A DNA stretch of 64,000 nucleotides from Squalus acanthias. Lineage: Eukaryota. Below, piece after piece: positions 10,975 to 24,400 of this stretch; position 1 is the stretch's first letter; each line of letters begins with the position of its first letter. The position numbers and the translations under genes were made by a program. The DNA lies in the NCBI GenBank assembly GCA_030390025.1, contig CM059448.1:25730001-25794000 (forward strand). The letters are read 5' to 3'. A model generated the notes under the pieces. That model did not search any database, was not told where the DNA came from, and saw only the letters and a list, made by a program, of their open reading frames with translations.

Positions 10975-11665
10975 TTCCACCTTGGTTTTCCCCTCTCTGA
11001 ATCGCTTCCCCGCCCTCAGTTTCCCCACTTCCCCACATCCCCACCCTCAGTCTCCCCACATCCCCTCTTCCCCCCCCCTTCCCTGCCCCCCTCTCTTCCC
11101 CCCCCTTCCCCGCCCCCCCTCTTCCCCACCCCTCTTCCCCCCCCTCTCCCCCCCCCTCTTGCCCCCCCTTCCCCGCCCCCCTCTTCCCCCCCCCTCTTCC
11201 CCCCCTCTCTTCCCCCCTCTCTTCCCCACCGCTCCTCCCCACCCCTCTTCCCCACCCTCGGTTTTCTCCCCCCCCCCCCTCTTCCTTACCCTCGGTTTCC
11301 CCAGTTTCCCCTCTTCCTTACCCTTGGTTTCCCCAGTTTCCCCTCTTCCCCATTTCCCCTCTTCCCCATTTCCCCTCTTCCCCACCCTCCCTCCCTCCTC
11401 CCCACTTCCCTACCCTCCCTCCCTCTTCCCCACTTCCCTACCCTCCCTCCCTCTTCCCCACTTCCCTTCTTCCCCACTTCCCCTCTTCCCCACTTCCCCT
11501 CTTCCCCACTTCCCCTCTTCCCCACTTCCCCTCTTCCCCACTTCCCTTCTTCCCCACTTCCCTACTTCCCTTCTTCCCCACTTCCCTTCTTCCCCACCCT
11601 CGGTTTCCCCACCCTCAGTTTCCCCTCTTCCCCACTTCCTTTGTCTCTTCCCTCCTCTCCCCTAG
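10975..11665 (+). repeat. C-rich polypyrimidine minisatellite (cttccccacttccc units)
   Basis: Tandem imperfect ttcccctcttccccac units. It explains the Pro-rich 266-aa ORF. Confidence 0.92.
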
Positions 11666-11719
11666 CCCATTGGGCCAAACTTCCCCTAAGGTTCGCCCCT
11701 GCACTAGTCCTGAACTCGC

Positions 11720-12925
11720 ATCTCCCTCTAGTTTCTTTCCTATTTCCCCTCATGCTGTCTCCAAGCTCATCTTGTCCCTGAGACCCACCTTCTGCTCCCT
11801 CAACCCTATGCCCACCAAACAGCTGACCATCCAAAATCCCTTCCTGGTCGCCATGTCAGCTGATATTGTTACCGGTTTCCTCTCCTCAGGTACTGCCCCC
11901 TCTCCTTCAAATCTGCTGTCATGACCCCCCCTCCTCAAAAAAAAAACACCCTTGTCCAATGTACCTCCTAATTTTTTTGGGGGTGCGCACCCTTTTAACG
12001 GAATGCGCGGCCCATTCAAAGTTTCGCGCATGCGAGAAATTTCACATTTGAAAAGCCAGTCCCGGGCTACGCGGGACTGGCAGACCGCTGAACAGCTTAG
12101 ATGGAACATTGCCCTTGACCTCTTTGTCCATGCAAATTATCACCGCATCCCCAACCTCCCTTTCCTCTCCAAAGTCCTTGAATGTGTTGTCGCTCCTAAA
12201 TCTGTGTCCATCTTTCCCACAACTCCATGGTTGAACCCCTTCAATCAGGTTTAAGCCCCGCCACAATACTGAAACGGCCCACAACATCGCCTACCTCCAC
12301 CCCGCCTCAGCTCATCTGCTGCTGAAACCCTCATCCGTATCTTTGTTACTCCAATGATTGGCTATTCCAATGCTTGGCTGGCCGGCCTCCCATTTCCCAC
12401 TCTCCATAAACTTAAGCACATCCAAAACGCTGCTGCCCGTATCCTAACTCACACAAGTCCCGTTCACCCATCACCCCTTTGCTCGCTGACCTACATTGAC
12501 TCATGGTCTGGCAACACCTCGATTTAAAAAATTCTCATCCTTGTTTTCAAATCCCTCCATGGCCTTGCCCCTCCCTATTTCTGTAAATGCCTCCAGCCCT
12601 ACAACCGTCCATAGATCTCTGCGCTCCTCCAATGCTGGCCTCTTGCGCATCCATGAATTTAATTTCTCCACCATTGGCGGCAGTGCCTTAACCTGCCGAG
12701 GCCCTAAGCTCTGGATACCACCCCTAAACCTCTCCGCCTCTCAACCTCTCTCTTCTCCTTTCAGACACTGCTTAAAACCTAACTCTTTGACCAAGCGTTT
12801 GGTCACCTGTCCTGATATCTCATGTGGTTCGTTGTCAAATTTTGTTTGGTAACGCTCCTGTGAAGCGCCTTGGGAGGATTTACTACATTTAAAGGCGCTA
12901 TATCAATGCAAGTTGTTTTTGTTGT
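11720..12925 (+). mobile_element. L2-clade LINE, internally deleted 3' portion
   Basis: RT motif ANYHRIPNLPFLSKVLECVVA (about NYRPISNLPFLSKVLE) and 3' end gtgaagcgccttggga...aaaggcgctatatcaatgcaagttgtt. Confidence 0.88.
11957..12111. mobile_element. hAT-type MITE nested in L2
   Basis: TIRs caatgtacctcctaa / ttagatggaacattg. 8-bp TSD cccttgtc (11949-11956) / cccttgac (12112-12119). It interrupts the L2 coding sequence. Confidence 0.85.
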
Positions 12926-13454
12926 TCCCCATCCTCGGGTTTTCCTTCTTCCTCTGCTCGTGGGTGGTCTTCTGGTTCATGGAACTTCAACGCGAAACCA
13001 TGAGCAAAGATGCAAGGACCCAAGCTTTACGCGATAAATGCAATAACATTGGCAAATGTCATGTGATTAGGTGTCACGTGGTCAGAATGCCACATGCTCA
13101 AACCTCCAGGAATGCCTTCTAACTGGAGTCTTCAACCCTAAATCCTGGTTGAATAATTTCAAAGAAACCAACAAAATCCTTCAAACTATTGAAATGTTGC
13201 TGGCAGCAGTAAGGGGACCTCAGCAAGTGTCACCATGTTGGAGATCACTCGTTTGGGCTCTTGGAATTTTCAACTTGAGACACGTTTGCAGAACGATATT
13301 GTCCAGTTCAGTACCTAAGGTGCTGTGTTTGCATTCGTTTTGTATCCATGCCTTTATTTTTTTTCTATCAATTACATTGCTTTTTTGTTCATGCTGTATA
13401 TGTAAAAACAGTCAGCGAAAGACAAAACATTTCTTAAAACTCTGCACATTGCAT

Positions 13455-14434
13455 CAATCTGATTGGGTGGCCCACTGCATGACCGTGTGAGGCAAAAGCA
13501 ATCAATAAAGTGCCATTTACTCAGCTGTTAAATTGCAGTAAATCTGAAACCTTCCTTTCTTCAAACACACCCCTCCCTATTCCTCCTTCCATTCTCCCCG
13601 CCCCTCTTGTATTAGCTCATTGGCTGCAGGTATGAGCTCTCAGCAGCCAAACCCCCCTCCGCTCTCTGTCATCTGCTAATTCTTTGTTATGCCACAAATT
13701 ATTTTTGAGTGAGATCACCGTCTCCACGTTTGATGGATCTGGTCTAGCCACTGAAAAAGCCTGCATGAGACTCCAGTCTCTGTGATCTGTTGCAGTGTAA
13801 ATTAGCTCCAACCAGATTTAGGGTCTTAGTGCAGAACAGGATTTGAGCGCGAGTGCTGTAAGGATGAAGAGTTGTAGTTTCAGAGCAGCTTATCATGGGA
13901 ATTAGGTGTATCCGTGGAGAGGGAGAGAGTAGTCTAATACGAGGTGACCTTTTGTTGGCTCAAATTTGACTTGCTGTTGTTATCAGGGAGAGCAATAACA
14001 AGCGTTACCATCTGTGTGCCTGGGGATTACTGGGGAAATTGCACAGCACTATTCGCATGCTGAGAGGGAGCCGCTGTGTGGAAGAGGGAGCCAGGCTGCC
14101 TAGAGGGGCACTCTGATGCCTGCTTGCAGTTTGAATCCAGTTGTCTCCACCATCCACTCGCGAGGGGCTCTTATTTACCAAAGAGGATTTTTGTGTTGTT
14201 GTGCCGGCGTGTCCGTCTCCAGTGCTCCTTCACAGTACTCTCGCACCAGCTTACTGCTATAGCTGACTGATCACTGGGGAAAAGAAAAACTGTCACTTTT
14301 GACAGTCAGGGGAGATTCTTGGAGCCCTGAATCGTATCTGGATTTTTTTTTAAAAATATATATATATCCTTTCCATTCGATTGAGACCTTGGGATATACA
14401 CTGGGATCTGAGAAATTCAGTGCTCTCTTCAGTG
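13455..14434 (+). promoter_or_regulatory. Candidate internal promoter and alternative first exon of the host gene
   Basis: Inverted CCAAT boxes (ctgattgg about 13459, ctcattgg about 13617), GC box ccccgcccc about 13596, a repeat-free UTR-like tract, and a donor GTG|GTGAGT at 14434/14435. Confidence 0.35.
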
Positions 14435-17400
14435 GTGAGTCTGACTTCCTACTAAATTCAGTGCTTTCTTTAAGAAGAAAAATGCATGTAAGCCCTGAAA
14501 GAAAAGCATGCTCCCCCTGTTCACCGTAAATTCACCTCTCTTCTATTTGTTGTCAAGACCATGTCCGGTGTTATCGCAGCTGAAGGCATTGATCTAAGGC
14601 GTGGGGCGCATTGTGGCTGAGGAATAACTGTTTCTGATCAGCCCATATTAGTGGGAAAAGGCTGAAACAGCTTTTCGAAATATCCAGAGACGCCTCTGAA
14701 TGTAACTTGATTGTTTCTGCTACAGGATGCTGGTTTTGGGGTTTCTTTTCTTTGCAGTGAATTTGTCCAAAAGAATCCGTGGTTGGTTGTAAAATTGACA
14801 AGAAGGTCTATTTGACAAGATTTACCACAGCCATAATGTTTTTCTCACTAAGTAGGACCAGTATTTATCGATGTTTATTAGCTGCTATACATAGAAGGCA
14901 TTAGTTATTGAGCACAAATGGGCATTGTGATTTGTAGCCTAGAAAGTGGATGAGGGTAATCTTAATTTCAAACCTTTTCACAAGTGCACTGTAAACTGTA
15001 CTTTGAATGAATGAAATTGTTCTTCAGATCAGGTCTTGCCGTCCAGCACTTCTGGCGACAGCAGTGTAGTGAGAGTGGAGAGAATGACTTTATGGACGAA
15101 AAATACAGCCTGACACCTAATAATTCATTATTTTGTCAATGGATTGAAAAGTACATTGAAGAAATTCCTTAAGGCTTTAATCACAGCCCTCGCTAATCGC
15201 ACTGTGGCTCTTCCTATAGAAGCTGTTGAAATGGAGGGGAAAAAATTGTTCGTAATAAAGATGGAGTTTAAAAGATTTAGTATATGGCGGTCAGGGTTAA
15301 GCAGCCAGTACAGCGGTACTTCATCATGCAAGAGGCATTGGAGATTATCTGCTCTGCTTGGATGCATTATCATAAAAAGTGATTTAAAGCTGATTGATGC
15401 AAATGGTCCTCAGTTCTTTTTTTATCATTAATGGGCTCTTTCAGTGGCCAGAGGCAGTGATTAAGGCTGTCATTTAGGGCAGCTCATTAAAGGCAAACGT
15501 GGAGCAGTTGGGGGGAATAGACTGTATTCAGCTCAGATATTTTAAAGATGAATCTCCCCCCTCCCTCCCTCCCTCCCCACCACCACCACCACCACCTTGT
15601 GCATTGCTGTGGGATTAGCATCTGCCAAACAAATTACAGTATGTTTGATGTTTTGAGATTGACATGCTGGACCTGATCTTATTTTAATGGAGGGGCACTG
15701 TAAGGGTCCCTCAGCTTCCCTGCTGAGCCCAGTGTTGTGGAAGTGTGAAACGGCAGTAGTGCTGAAGGACACTGCTGACAGGGATCAGGCTTTAATTTTT
15801 AATTTCTTGTTCCTTTTGTGTATGTGCGAGGGATGGGTGGGGGGCGGGAAGTGAAGAAACGTTAACTGTGGACTTCCAGCGAAAAGCCCCTGATGCGCAA
15901 ACTGATACCATCAGATGCCAGCCTTAAACCTGCTTCTCTGACCATTGTATTATTTACAAAAACATGTAGAATCATTTCTTTTAATTATGGACTTTGTTAC
16001 ACACAGTGAAATATGCAGATTGCTAGAATTGTGTTTTATATGTAATAAATCCTATAACTCTACACTGACAGAACAAAAAGAGTTAAATAGTATTTACAAT
16101 GGATCGAGTGGATTAGATATTTCAGTATACATCCCTAAATTTAGTACTTGGTATTATTGAACGTGGGATTTTTGGCTGTACTTTATTGAGATTATATTTG
16201 ATAAATGAACAAATTACTTGCTAAGAAATGTACGTGGTTCAAAAGCCGGGAATGATCAAACATCCATTTCTGCAGACTGTGTGGTATTAATCAAAGAAAC
16301 ATAGACTTGTGGCACAATGGAGCATATAGAGGCTGAGCTGTGTGTTTATGTATTCAGGTATTTGCACAGGCAGTATTCAGTGCCATTTCATCACTTAGCC
16401 CCTTTACAATACTGAATATTATCAGTCTCCCCTTACCAGCAGCTGTCGGAGAGGAAACATTCAATGCAGAATGTAGGCAATGGAAGAAATCCACTGGAAG
16501 GTCTGGAACCTCCGTATAGACACCAAAGCTAGCGGAGTCTTTGAACTGCAAATAACAGTACTCTTCTGAGACCAATTTCATAAAAATTTGAAGCCTGTTT
16601 TTATTGGCCATTAAAGCAACCTTTATTTTATAAGGGAATGTTGCAGTAATTGCTTTTTACGAAGAGTACTTTGTAACACACATGAGCACTTGAAAGAGGA
16701 GCCATTCTCGTGTTGTCTACCGGGACTCGATGGCGCAATTAATTTTGCTCCATCTGTTCTTGGGACTTTAAAGGAAAATGGATTTTTTTTTTGTTGAGCG
16801 TATTTTAATGAAGAAGATAAAGCGTGGCATTGATGTCCCACAGGCTTGGTGCAGTAAGTTCAAATTATTGCTCAGTCTGTCAGGACGGGCTGCTTCCTCC
16901 GAGGCTGACATGACAGGCAGCTCGGGCCTGCCCTCAGTGTGCCATTCTCGGTGACAAACAGTCGCTTGGCTTCTGGTAAGGCGCTATTAAAATGTCAGTC
17001 TCAAATGACGAAGAGTCCAGGTGTGTCCCTGCTGGACACAAGATACTTTCAGTTCGAGCTAATGCCTCACCACAGGACTTTATCAGCACTGCACCGTCCT
17101 ATAGATACTGTTTTCACATCTTATTATCGGGAGGGGGTAAAACTGCGATGTTGCTTTATAGTCCATTATCCTCGCGCATAGTGGTTCAAGGGTAAAGCTT
17201 TATTGCTTTGAAGCTTTGTTCATTCAGCAGCATTGGCTTCGAAGGCAATTCTTTAACCTAGAATCCTTCATGATAATAAAGGCTGTTTCATAGGCTGCTT
17301 TAAATCACAGTGTGCTACTTGTACTTTAATAACTATTTCCAAAGAGCCATTCAGTTTACCACACGCATGTTACTGAGCATGCCACCAGAAACACAATTTC

Positions 17401-18756
17401 CCAATTCAATCCCACCGTAAATTACTGAACACTTTGCTGCTGAACGACCATAACTTTTGATTCTGCCTATTCCAGCGGTTCAAAAAGTATGATCTGAAAC
17501 ATTTAATAATGCAAGAATGGTGCTTTTAATAAATCTATTGGAAACATCCAGGCAGCACAGTTAGATATTGTAATTTAAAACATTGTAATATTTAATGCAT
17601 TGAATTTTTGTCTTCAGTATTTGTCCAACTCTTGTCCATAGGAAAAAAAATGATCTGGTTATTTGTTCTGGTATTGATCAGCTATTAACACTTAAAAAAG
17701 GAATGCACTTCATGGATGCCAGAACTAAACCACATCCACTCCCATCCAGTTCCCAACTCCTTTTGCAAAAACCAGAATTTTTTAAAATACATCTTAAAAT
17801 AATTTAGTCAGTGTCGTTCTATAGTCAGGGACTTAAATATACATTGTGAAGGTTAGTTCTGTGAAGGATCTCCGGTTCCTGTTCCTTGCCCCATGGACAG
17901 GAGTTGGGCACAGCAAAGGACCATTTACACTTCGCTCAGACATGCTTCATTTAATAGCACGGTGGGGGAAAATTCGGTAGGCTCAGTCATTTTCCTTCAA
18001 GCATTTGGTAGCTCTTGGTTACAGTCTCATAATTCAGTGACGCTTCTGGAATTAAATCTTTACCGTGCTTTAAGTTTTAAGCAGCTTGTGGCTTGAAGGT
18101 TAATTGGTAACCGGTTTAATTGTTAGACCTCAATTCTCTTTAATAAATATTTGCTGTCAAACTACCATAGGCAGCAATTGACATTGACAAGCCTAACACT
18201 TTAGTTTGTTGATTTCTTTTGAGTGTTGCTGGGACCTGATAGTGAGTGAATGTGCTTAAATGGGTTGTAAGTGCCTCTCTGCTGGCTCATTTGCCTCTTT
18301 TCAGGGTGCAAGGTTCAGCACCCTTGCAGGGTTGCCGATATGTTAAATATTTATTGCATCTTTTCTTCAAGAATCTGACCACTGTGTAGTATTAAAAGAA
18401 TGCATCCCAAAATTCAACTCATGACATAGTCTAACCTTGATGTCATGTACTATAACAAACTACATCCCCTAATAAGTTCAATCTTGAGGCTACTTCGTAG
18501 GGTTTATAACCTCACTTGTACCACCATCTCAATCCATGAGTCGCATGCAACATCCTATCCCGCTTCCTCCTTACCTTGTGCTTCTCAAGCCAGACCATCT
18601 TGACTTAGCTTGTATTTTGGCACAGGTAAAGCTTTTCAAGGTGTGCTATCATGTGTATCTTCAGATACTTATCAGAATGCTACTACAGGGATTTCCTGGG
18701 AACTGCATTGAAACCTTTTGTAACCCTTTCTCTTGTATCGGACTGAAATTGGTCAA

Positions 18757-18875
18757 GAATTGCATTTATGTAGCGCCTTTCACGTCCTCAGGATGTCCCA
18801 AAACATTTCACCGCCAATGAAGGACTTTTGAGGTGTAGTCACTCCTGTAAGGTAGGGAAACGGGCAGCCGGTTCT
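18757..18875 (-). mobile_element. Deu-SINE 3' fragment
   Basis: ttgcatttatgtagcgcctttcacgtcctcaggatgtcccaaa is the reverse complement of the SINE tail. Confidence 0.7.
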
Positions 18876-20049
18876 CATGGACAGTGATGGAAATTAAAAC
18901 TCTTTTAAGAGTGGAAGGGCTAAGCGATTGTTCAAAAACCTGACTGGATTCATACCTGATGGTGGAAAAGATTTTTTTTTCCCCCTTGTTGTTTGTGGCG
19001 ATATTTTTTAATTTCATAATTTTGCTATCCGAAAGATTGCGAATTCACCTTTGAGCTTGAAACCTGTGTATGAAATAGAGTTTAATATTCAGCTGTGTGT
19101 GATGGCTCGTCGTCATGTTAAAGCAACACCCACAGAGCATCATATCCATAGATTAACATTACGTGGGACTCTTTCACTTGTGCAAAGCACCTTCATACCT
19201 CTAGAGCACTGCAGATGCACGATTTTCTTCACCCATAAAATATCAAAATAATAATGGGTTTTTCCTCATAAGAAATCTGTAGTAACTCAGTGGCTATGGA
19301 TACTCTCCTCATTTGTGAGGACCAACACTGCAGGCATGTTAATGTTAAACTAGTGCCTGCCTTCGTATGCTACTGCTGAATGTCGGCTGCTTTACATCAA
19401 TTCAATGAGTCGTTTAGTTACCAGTTATAATAAGCTAATTGTAGAAATAATTTAAGACCAGCCTTTTGTCATGTTTTAACACAGCACTGTATTTCTTCGA
19501 TGTACCTGAGTCCACACTTAGCAAACTTGAGCTAATACCAGATTCATTCTCCTTACAAGCACGTCCAATTCCAATGAGTTGAATTGCAAAGATGCTCTTT
19601 GTAGCTCTTGGAATCCAATCTGCTTTTGAACGTTGCTGTTGGAAGGATGGGTGTTTACCTTCGCCAGTGAACTTTACCTGGAGTCCTGAGAAGCTGTTGC
19701 CTCTGGGCAGCCTGCTGGCCATAATCTAGACTGAATAGGTTCTGTAGCCTGTGGCATATTGCTGTACGCATTAAAAATCAGTTTGTATCTCCGTATGAAA
19801 ATCTTTCCCTGTCGTACAAATCCAGATATTATTTTGATTGAAATTGTTTTTCATAGTGCTGAGGAAAATGTTTTAGCTCACTCCACCCCCTTGAAAGCCC
19901 AGACTGAACCTAGTTTTAAGTGTAAAAAGCACTTTAAAATACAGTATGTGCTGGCGTACAAATACAATAACCATGGATATCGTATTTAAAGACAAGCTTC
20001 AGGTTGAAATGCAAGCTGACGCTAGACTGGATCTGGCCATGTTCTCCTG

Positions 20050-20490
20050 GGCATGCAATGCCCAATGCTACCATATTCCAGGCTTCCCTCAATACCACCA
20101 GACTCCTGTATGACACTTCAATGTTCCCAGATCCCAACTCTGGGACTCTACTCCACCTGCGACTTCCCCAGTGCTACCACACTCAGCTTCTGCTCCCAGA
20201 GCCCCACACACTTTGCAATTCTACCACATACTGGATACCTTCTGGCCCCATTGCCGATAGACCCTGTTGGCTGTCCCCCATGATCTCCGTTCCCCCCCAC
20301 TTCAAACCTTTGGATACCGCAACTACAACCAGACCCCAGGAATCAGCCAGTAAATCCAACACTATATTCTAGCCACAGTGTTACCAAGCTCCAGATCCTA
20401 CTTACATAATATTGTTGGAATGCAGAACCACCACCCATTGCTATCCAAGTATCAAAGCCCAAAAGCAAAATCGCACAATCCCCCCTTCCC
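20050..20490 (+). repeat. Degenerate C/A-rich minisatellite
   Basis: Recurring ttcccagaccc/ccacact-like units with strong strand asymmetry. Confidence 0.5.
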
Positions 20491-21091
20491 ACTTCTGGTC
20501 CTTACATACTTGCATCTGACTTGTTACGTTGCCTATCATCTTCCTCTGTATCTTGTTTTTTATATAAAGAAAGAGTTATATAGCTAAAGAAAGATTTATA
20601 TATAATAATAAAGACCTTTTTAGGGGTTTCAAAGAAAATATGGCCAAAGTTGTGGAATCTGATAATCCGAGAATGTCATTTAATGAAAATAGAATTTCTT
20701 ATTCAGTTACTTTAAGTCAGCGGCTTTGCTACAACGTTGTGCATTACATGGCATAATGCCCCTATTGTTAAAACAAAAAGTGCACCCTTTCGCTCGCCAT
20801 GAGCAACACCACAGAAGACCTGCTAGTAATATAAGTTTTGCGTATAGTGTGCACCATTACACACTTCCTATAAGACTCCTGTAACACTTCTCTGTCGCAC
20901 TTCACCAAATGTATTGTAATATAGGCAAATTTCTTCTTTGTCTTATTCGTGCCATGAAATTGATTCTAGCCATGACCCCAAACCTGAACTGATGTTTCCT
21001 CAATAACCACTCACCGTAATGCTCTACAGGAAGACTTTACAGATAAAGGTTACATTTACATGATGTTTAATTTATATAGCTGTCCATAAAA

Positions 21092-21480
21092 GTCTCACTT
21101 CAGAGACTTGAGCACAAAAATCTAGGCTGACACTCCCAGTGCAGTACTGAGAGAGTGCTACACTGTCGGAGGTGCCGTCTTTCGGATGAGACGTTAAACC
21201 GAGGCCCCTGTTTGCCCTCTCGGATGTATGATCCCATGGCGCTATTTCAAAGAAGAGCTGGGGAGTTCTTCCCTGTGTCCTGGTCAACATCACTAAAGCA
21301 GATTATCTGGTCATTATCACATTGCGGTTTGTGGGAGCTTGCTGTGGGCGAATTGGCTGCCGCATTTCCTACATTACAACAGTGACTGCACCTCAAAAGT
21401 AGTTCATTGGCTGTAAAGCAATTTGGGATGTCCAGAGGTCGTGAAAGGAGCTATATAAATGCAAGTTAATTTTCTTTCTT
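21092..21480 (+). mobile_element. Deu-domain tRNA SINE (SacSINE1-like)
   Basis: cagagacttgagcacaaaaatctaggctgacactccc...gatgagacgttaaaccgaggcccc...gtgaaaggagctatataaatgcaagt. Confidence 0.88.
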
Positions 21481-24400
21481 AACATTACATTGTATGATAT
21501 AATGTTCCTGTCATTTATAAAACAGAACATCATTCGACTTAGCAAGACCAGCATTACTGGAAATCCCCTAATATGTACTTTTTAATAATGTGTAACATTT
21601 TTGATTTGAGCACGGTACAAGAAATGTGTATAAAGCTAAGACAAATCATCACATCATGACATTAAATTCTGCAATGTGTAGCTACCACTCAATGCTTTAA
21701 CTAACTACCATCTGTCATGTTCTTTAATGGGTGCTCCAGCACAGAAAACAGCTGGCACTGAACCAAGTCATGATAAACTATCTCCAGACTAGTTTTGCCA
21801 TTAAGCAATATTTTTTTTTTTGCTGTAAATATTTAATAAATGAATCCCTGTAAAGTCGTTAAACTTGAGATGAGCAAATGGCCCCTCAATGCATTGCAAC
21901 TAAATCCTAACTGTTATGATTACTATTCTGTCATCCAGCTCCACTGCAAAGTAAAAACTTGGCTGTGCTCCATATTTCCATTTTGCCATTAAGATAGAAA
22001 GAAGGAAAGAAAGACATCTGAATCTAGACTAGTTCGGGTTCACCTGCTGTATGGCCTACTCCTGTTCCTATGCTGAACTGGCCAAATTCAGAACACCTTG
22101 GATTTTGGCCTTAAATTTGCACTTATCCTATTACGCACAACCGGGATGAAAAGAGGTTTGGATTAGACAGATCTCTTTAAGGGGCATTTATTGTAGACGG
22201 GGGTTTTGATGTTTTCAAGCCGATTGCTGCATACTCAGGAATGTCACCACAGTTACCAACACTACCAATTCAAGCAATCGTGCACTGATATTCATGACCT
22301 ACTGCCTTTGATTCATCAACGACCAATATTCCTTCAGCTAAACAATGTGGCTTTTGTTGCCTTTTGGGTGTGTTGGTCACTGTGGGGGATGGAAGTAGGA
22401 ATGGAATGATCCAAGCCATGAACCAGGCGCCAATCAATTATCTCGGTGTCTGTATGGATGTCATGGCATCATTATGTTGCTGATTGAGATTTTTTTGATT
22501 GTTGCCTGTTACTAATTAAAATAGCATTTTTAATACCTTTGCATGAGGGTAACTTGTCTTTAGGAAACAGTGGCGAGGAATATTTATTTTAATGAAGCAG
22601 TTAAATCAGTTCTTCCTAGATGTCCAGAAGGAAATGTGAGCGAGTAAGCCATTAAGAGGGGGCTTGTTAAAACCAAACCTTTTGCTGATCCCCAATGCCC
22701 ACAGCTGCACGTCATCCGTCTTGAGCGCTCACAGCTTCCTGGAACAGCAGCAGCAGCTCCTGAACGTAGCAACCATAATCAAAAAAGACAGCAGCTGAGG
22801 CACTAGTTAGCGGCAAATCAGAGCCTTTTAGGGAACTAATGAGCTACAAGCAAGGCTTTGAATTTGCAATTCTAGTGCGGGCGAGGAGTGGATTTGTCGC
22901 TGTCTGCGTTTCCTTCCCCATTGATCCACTCACTTTGGAGACGGGTCTCGCCCCACACTGGGCAGCAGGTGTGAGTCATCTCCTTCTACTCAAATGGTTA
23001 TTAGCTGATGATGAGCGGGACAAATCTCCGGTCATCCATCCAACTGCGAGGGTTCGGAGGTCGTCGGATTCAGGATTCCCAAGAGAGCAAGAGATTATAT
23101 AGCTTACCTGCAAGCTGGAATTGAAAAGATCTGCAGCAGAGGGGAGTCCTGTCAAACACATCACGCTGAGGCACTTATTGTTATTTTATTGCTCTTTGTT
23201 GACAGCGCAGGCAAGACTGAAAGGCTTTCATGTTTATTCAGGTTTTTTTGAGGAAGAAAAACTGCAGTGTTTGGAGGAAAGGTTTGATAAATACAATAAT
23301 GAGGACAGAATCTTCTCTCTTGTATATTTTTGTTCTTGAAATGGTAACATATTTAACTTTGTCTAACATTTACTGCAAATTCTGTTTTATAGGCACCATA
23401 AATAATATATAATAGCCACATGCAGCCACAGGCTTCATCGGCGCGGTATAGCTGCAGACTCTGTAATAAGTTAAACATGTCACATTCAGATGCCTGGAGA
23501 CACTGTCTCACTGTAGGGCTGCGAGCAACAAACGCAGCATATTGGAGATTTTTCAGACTGTAATTTAATGTTATTAGTCTTCTACCTGCCATAACATAAT
23601 ATAAGGAAGCTGCTGGCTCCGTATCATGGAAGGTTAACCCATTCAGTGGCCCGTGGACTCATTCACATGGTGTCAATGCCATGCTGAGTACCGTGAAGCA
23701 AGCTTTGGATAATTTAACACACTCATTGTATTTATGTCAGTTTTGTGCATCAGTCCCCAAAACCGACACACTTAAAGTGGCTTTGATCCCACAAACTTCG
23801 AAATGTCATTTAAACTAGAAATATACCTTTATGTCATCAAGATGTTGGTATCATTCATACCCTAAATACACAGGTTTTTTTTTTTGATTTTACGTCGTGC
23901 GGGCACAAGGACATTACTGCCTTGTCACTGGAGGGGCAGAATACAGCCTGATGCTGGGAACCACTTATGCTACAGTTAGATGAGGTGGCACACTCGCCCC
24001 TGGCTTGGGAACGCCCACATAAAGAGGTATTTTTTCTTAGTGCCACCAGGGACAGAAGCTCTAACGGAGGTTGGGGCAGCTGGTAGGTTGATTGCTTAGC
24101 CTGTTTGTACAGGTCAGTAATACCATTTTTCAATTCCCTGGCACACACACAGACCTTGCCAGCCATTGGAGAATGCCTGTCGGCCAGAAACCATGGCATA
24201 CGGGCGATCGCACGTTCCGTCGCCTGTCACTCGAGTGCACGGTGCAGTCCATCCACAATGTAAAGGCGCAGCAGAAGCTTACGGGATTACTGAACTGCTT
24301 CTCAAAGTGCTTTTGTAACGTAAAAGCAATATTAGGCTCAACTGCTGCGGTAGCAAGTATGCGTTTGGCCAAGATGGTGTGCCAATTGTGAGCTTTACAA

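Noticed and set aside
8312-11834. Long Gly-rich and Pro-rich ORFs (up to 266 aa)
   Set aside because: Translations of G/C-rich tandem repeats and MITE interiors.
15065-15105. CSESGENDFMDEK as the missing upstream CDSDSD-type exon
   Set aside because: No pyrimidine tract, no donor at the expected position and a poor match.
22080-22110. Small hairpin ggccaaattc...gattttggcc
   Set aside because: Too short and imperfect to distinguish from chance.
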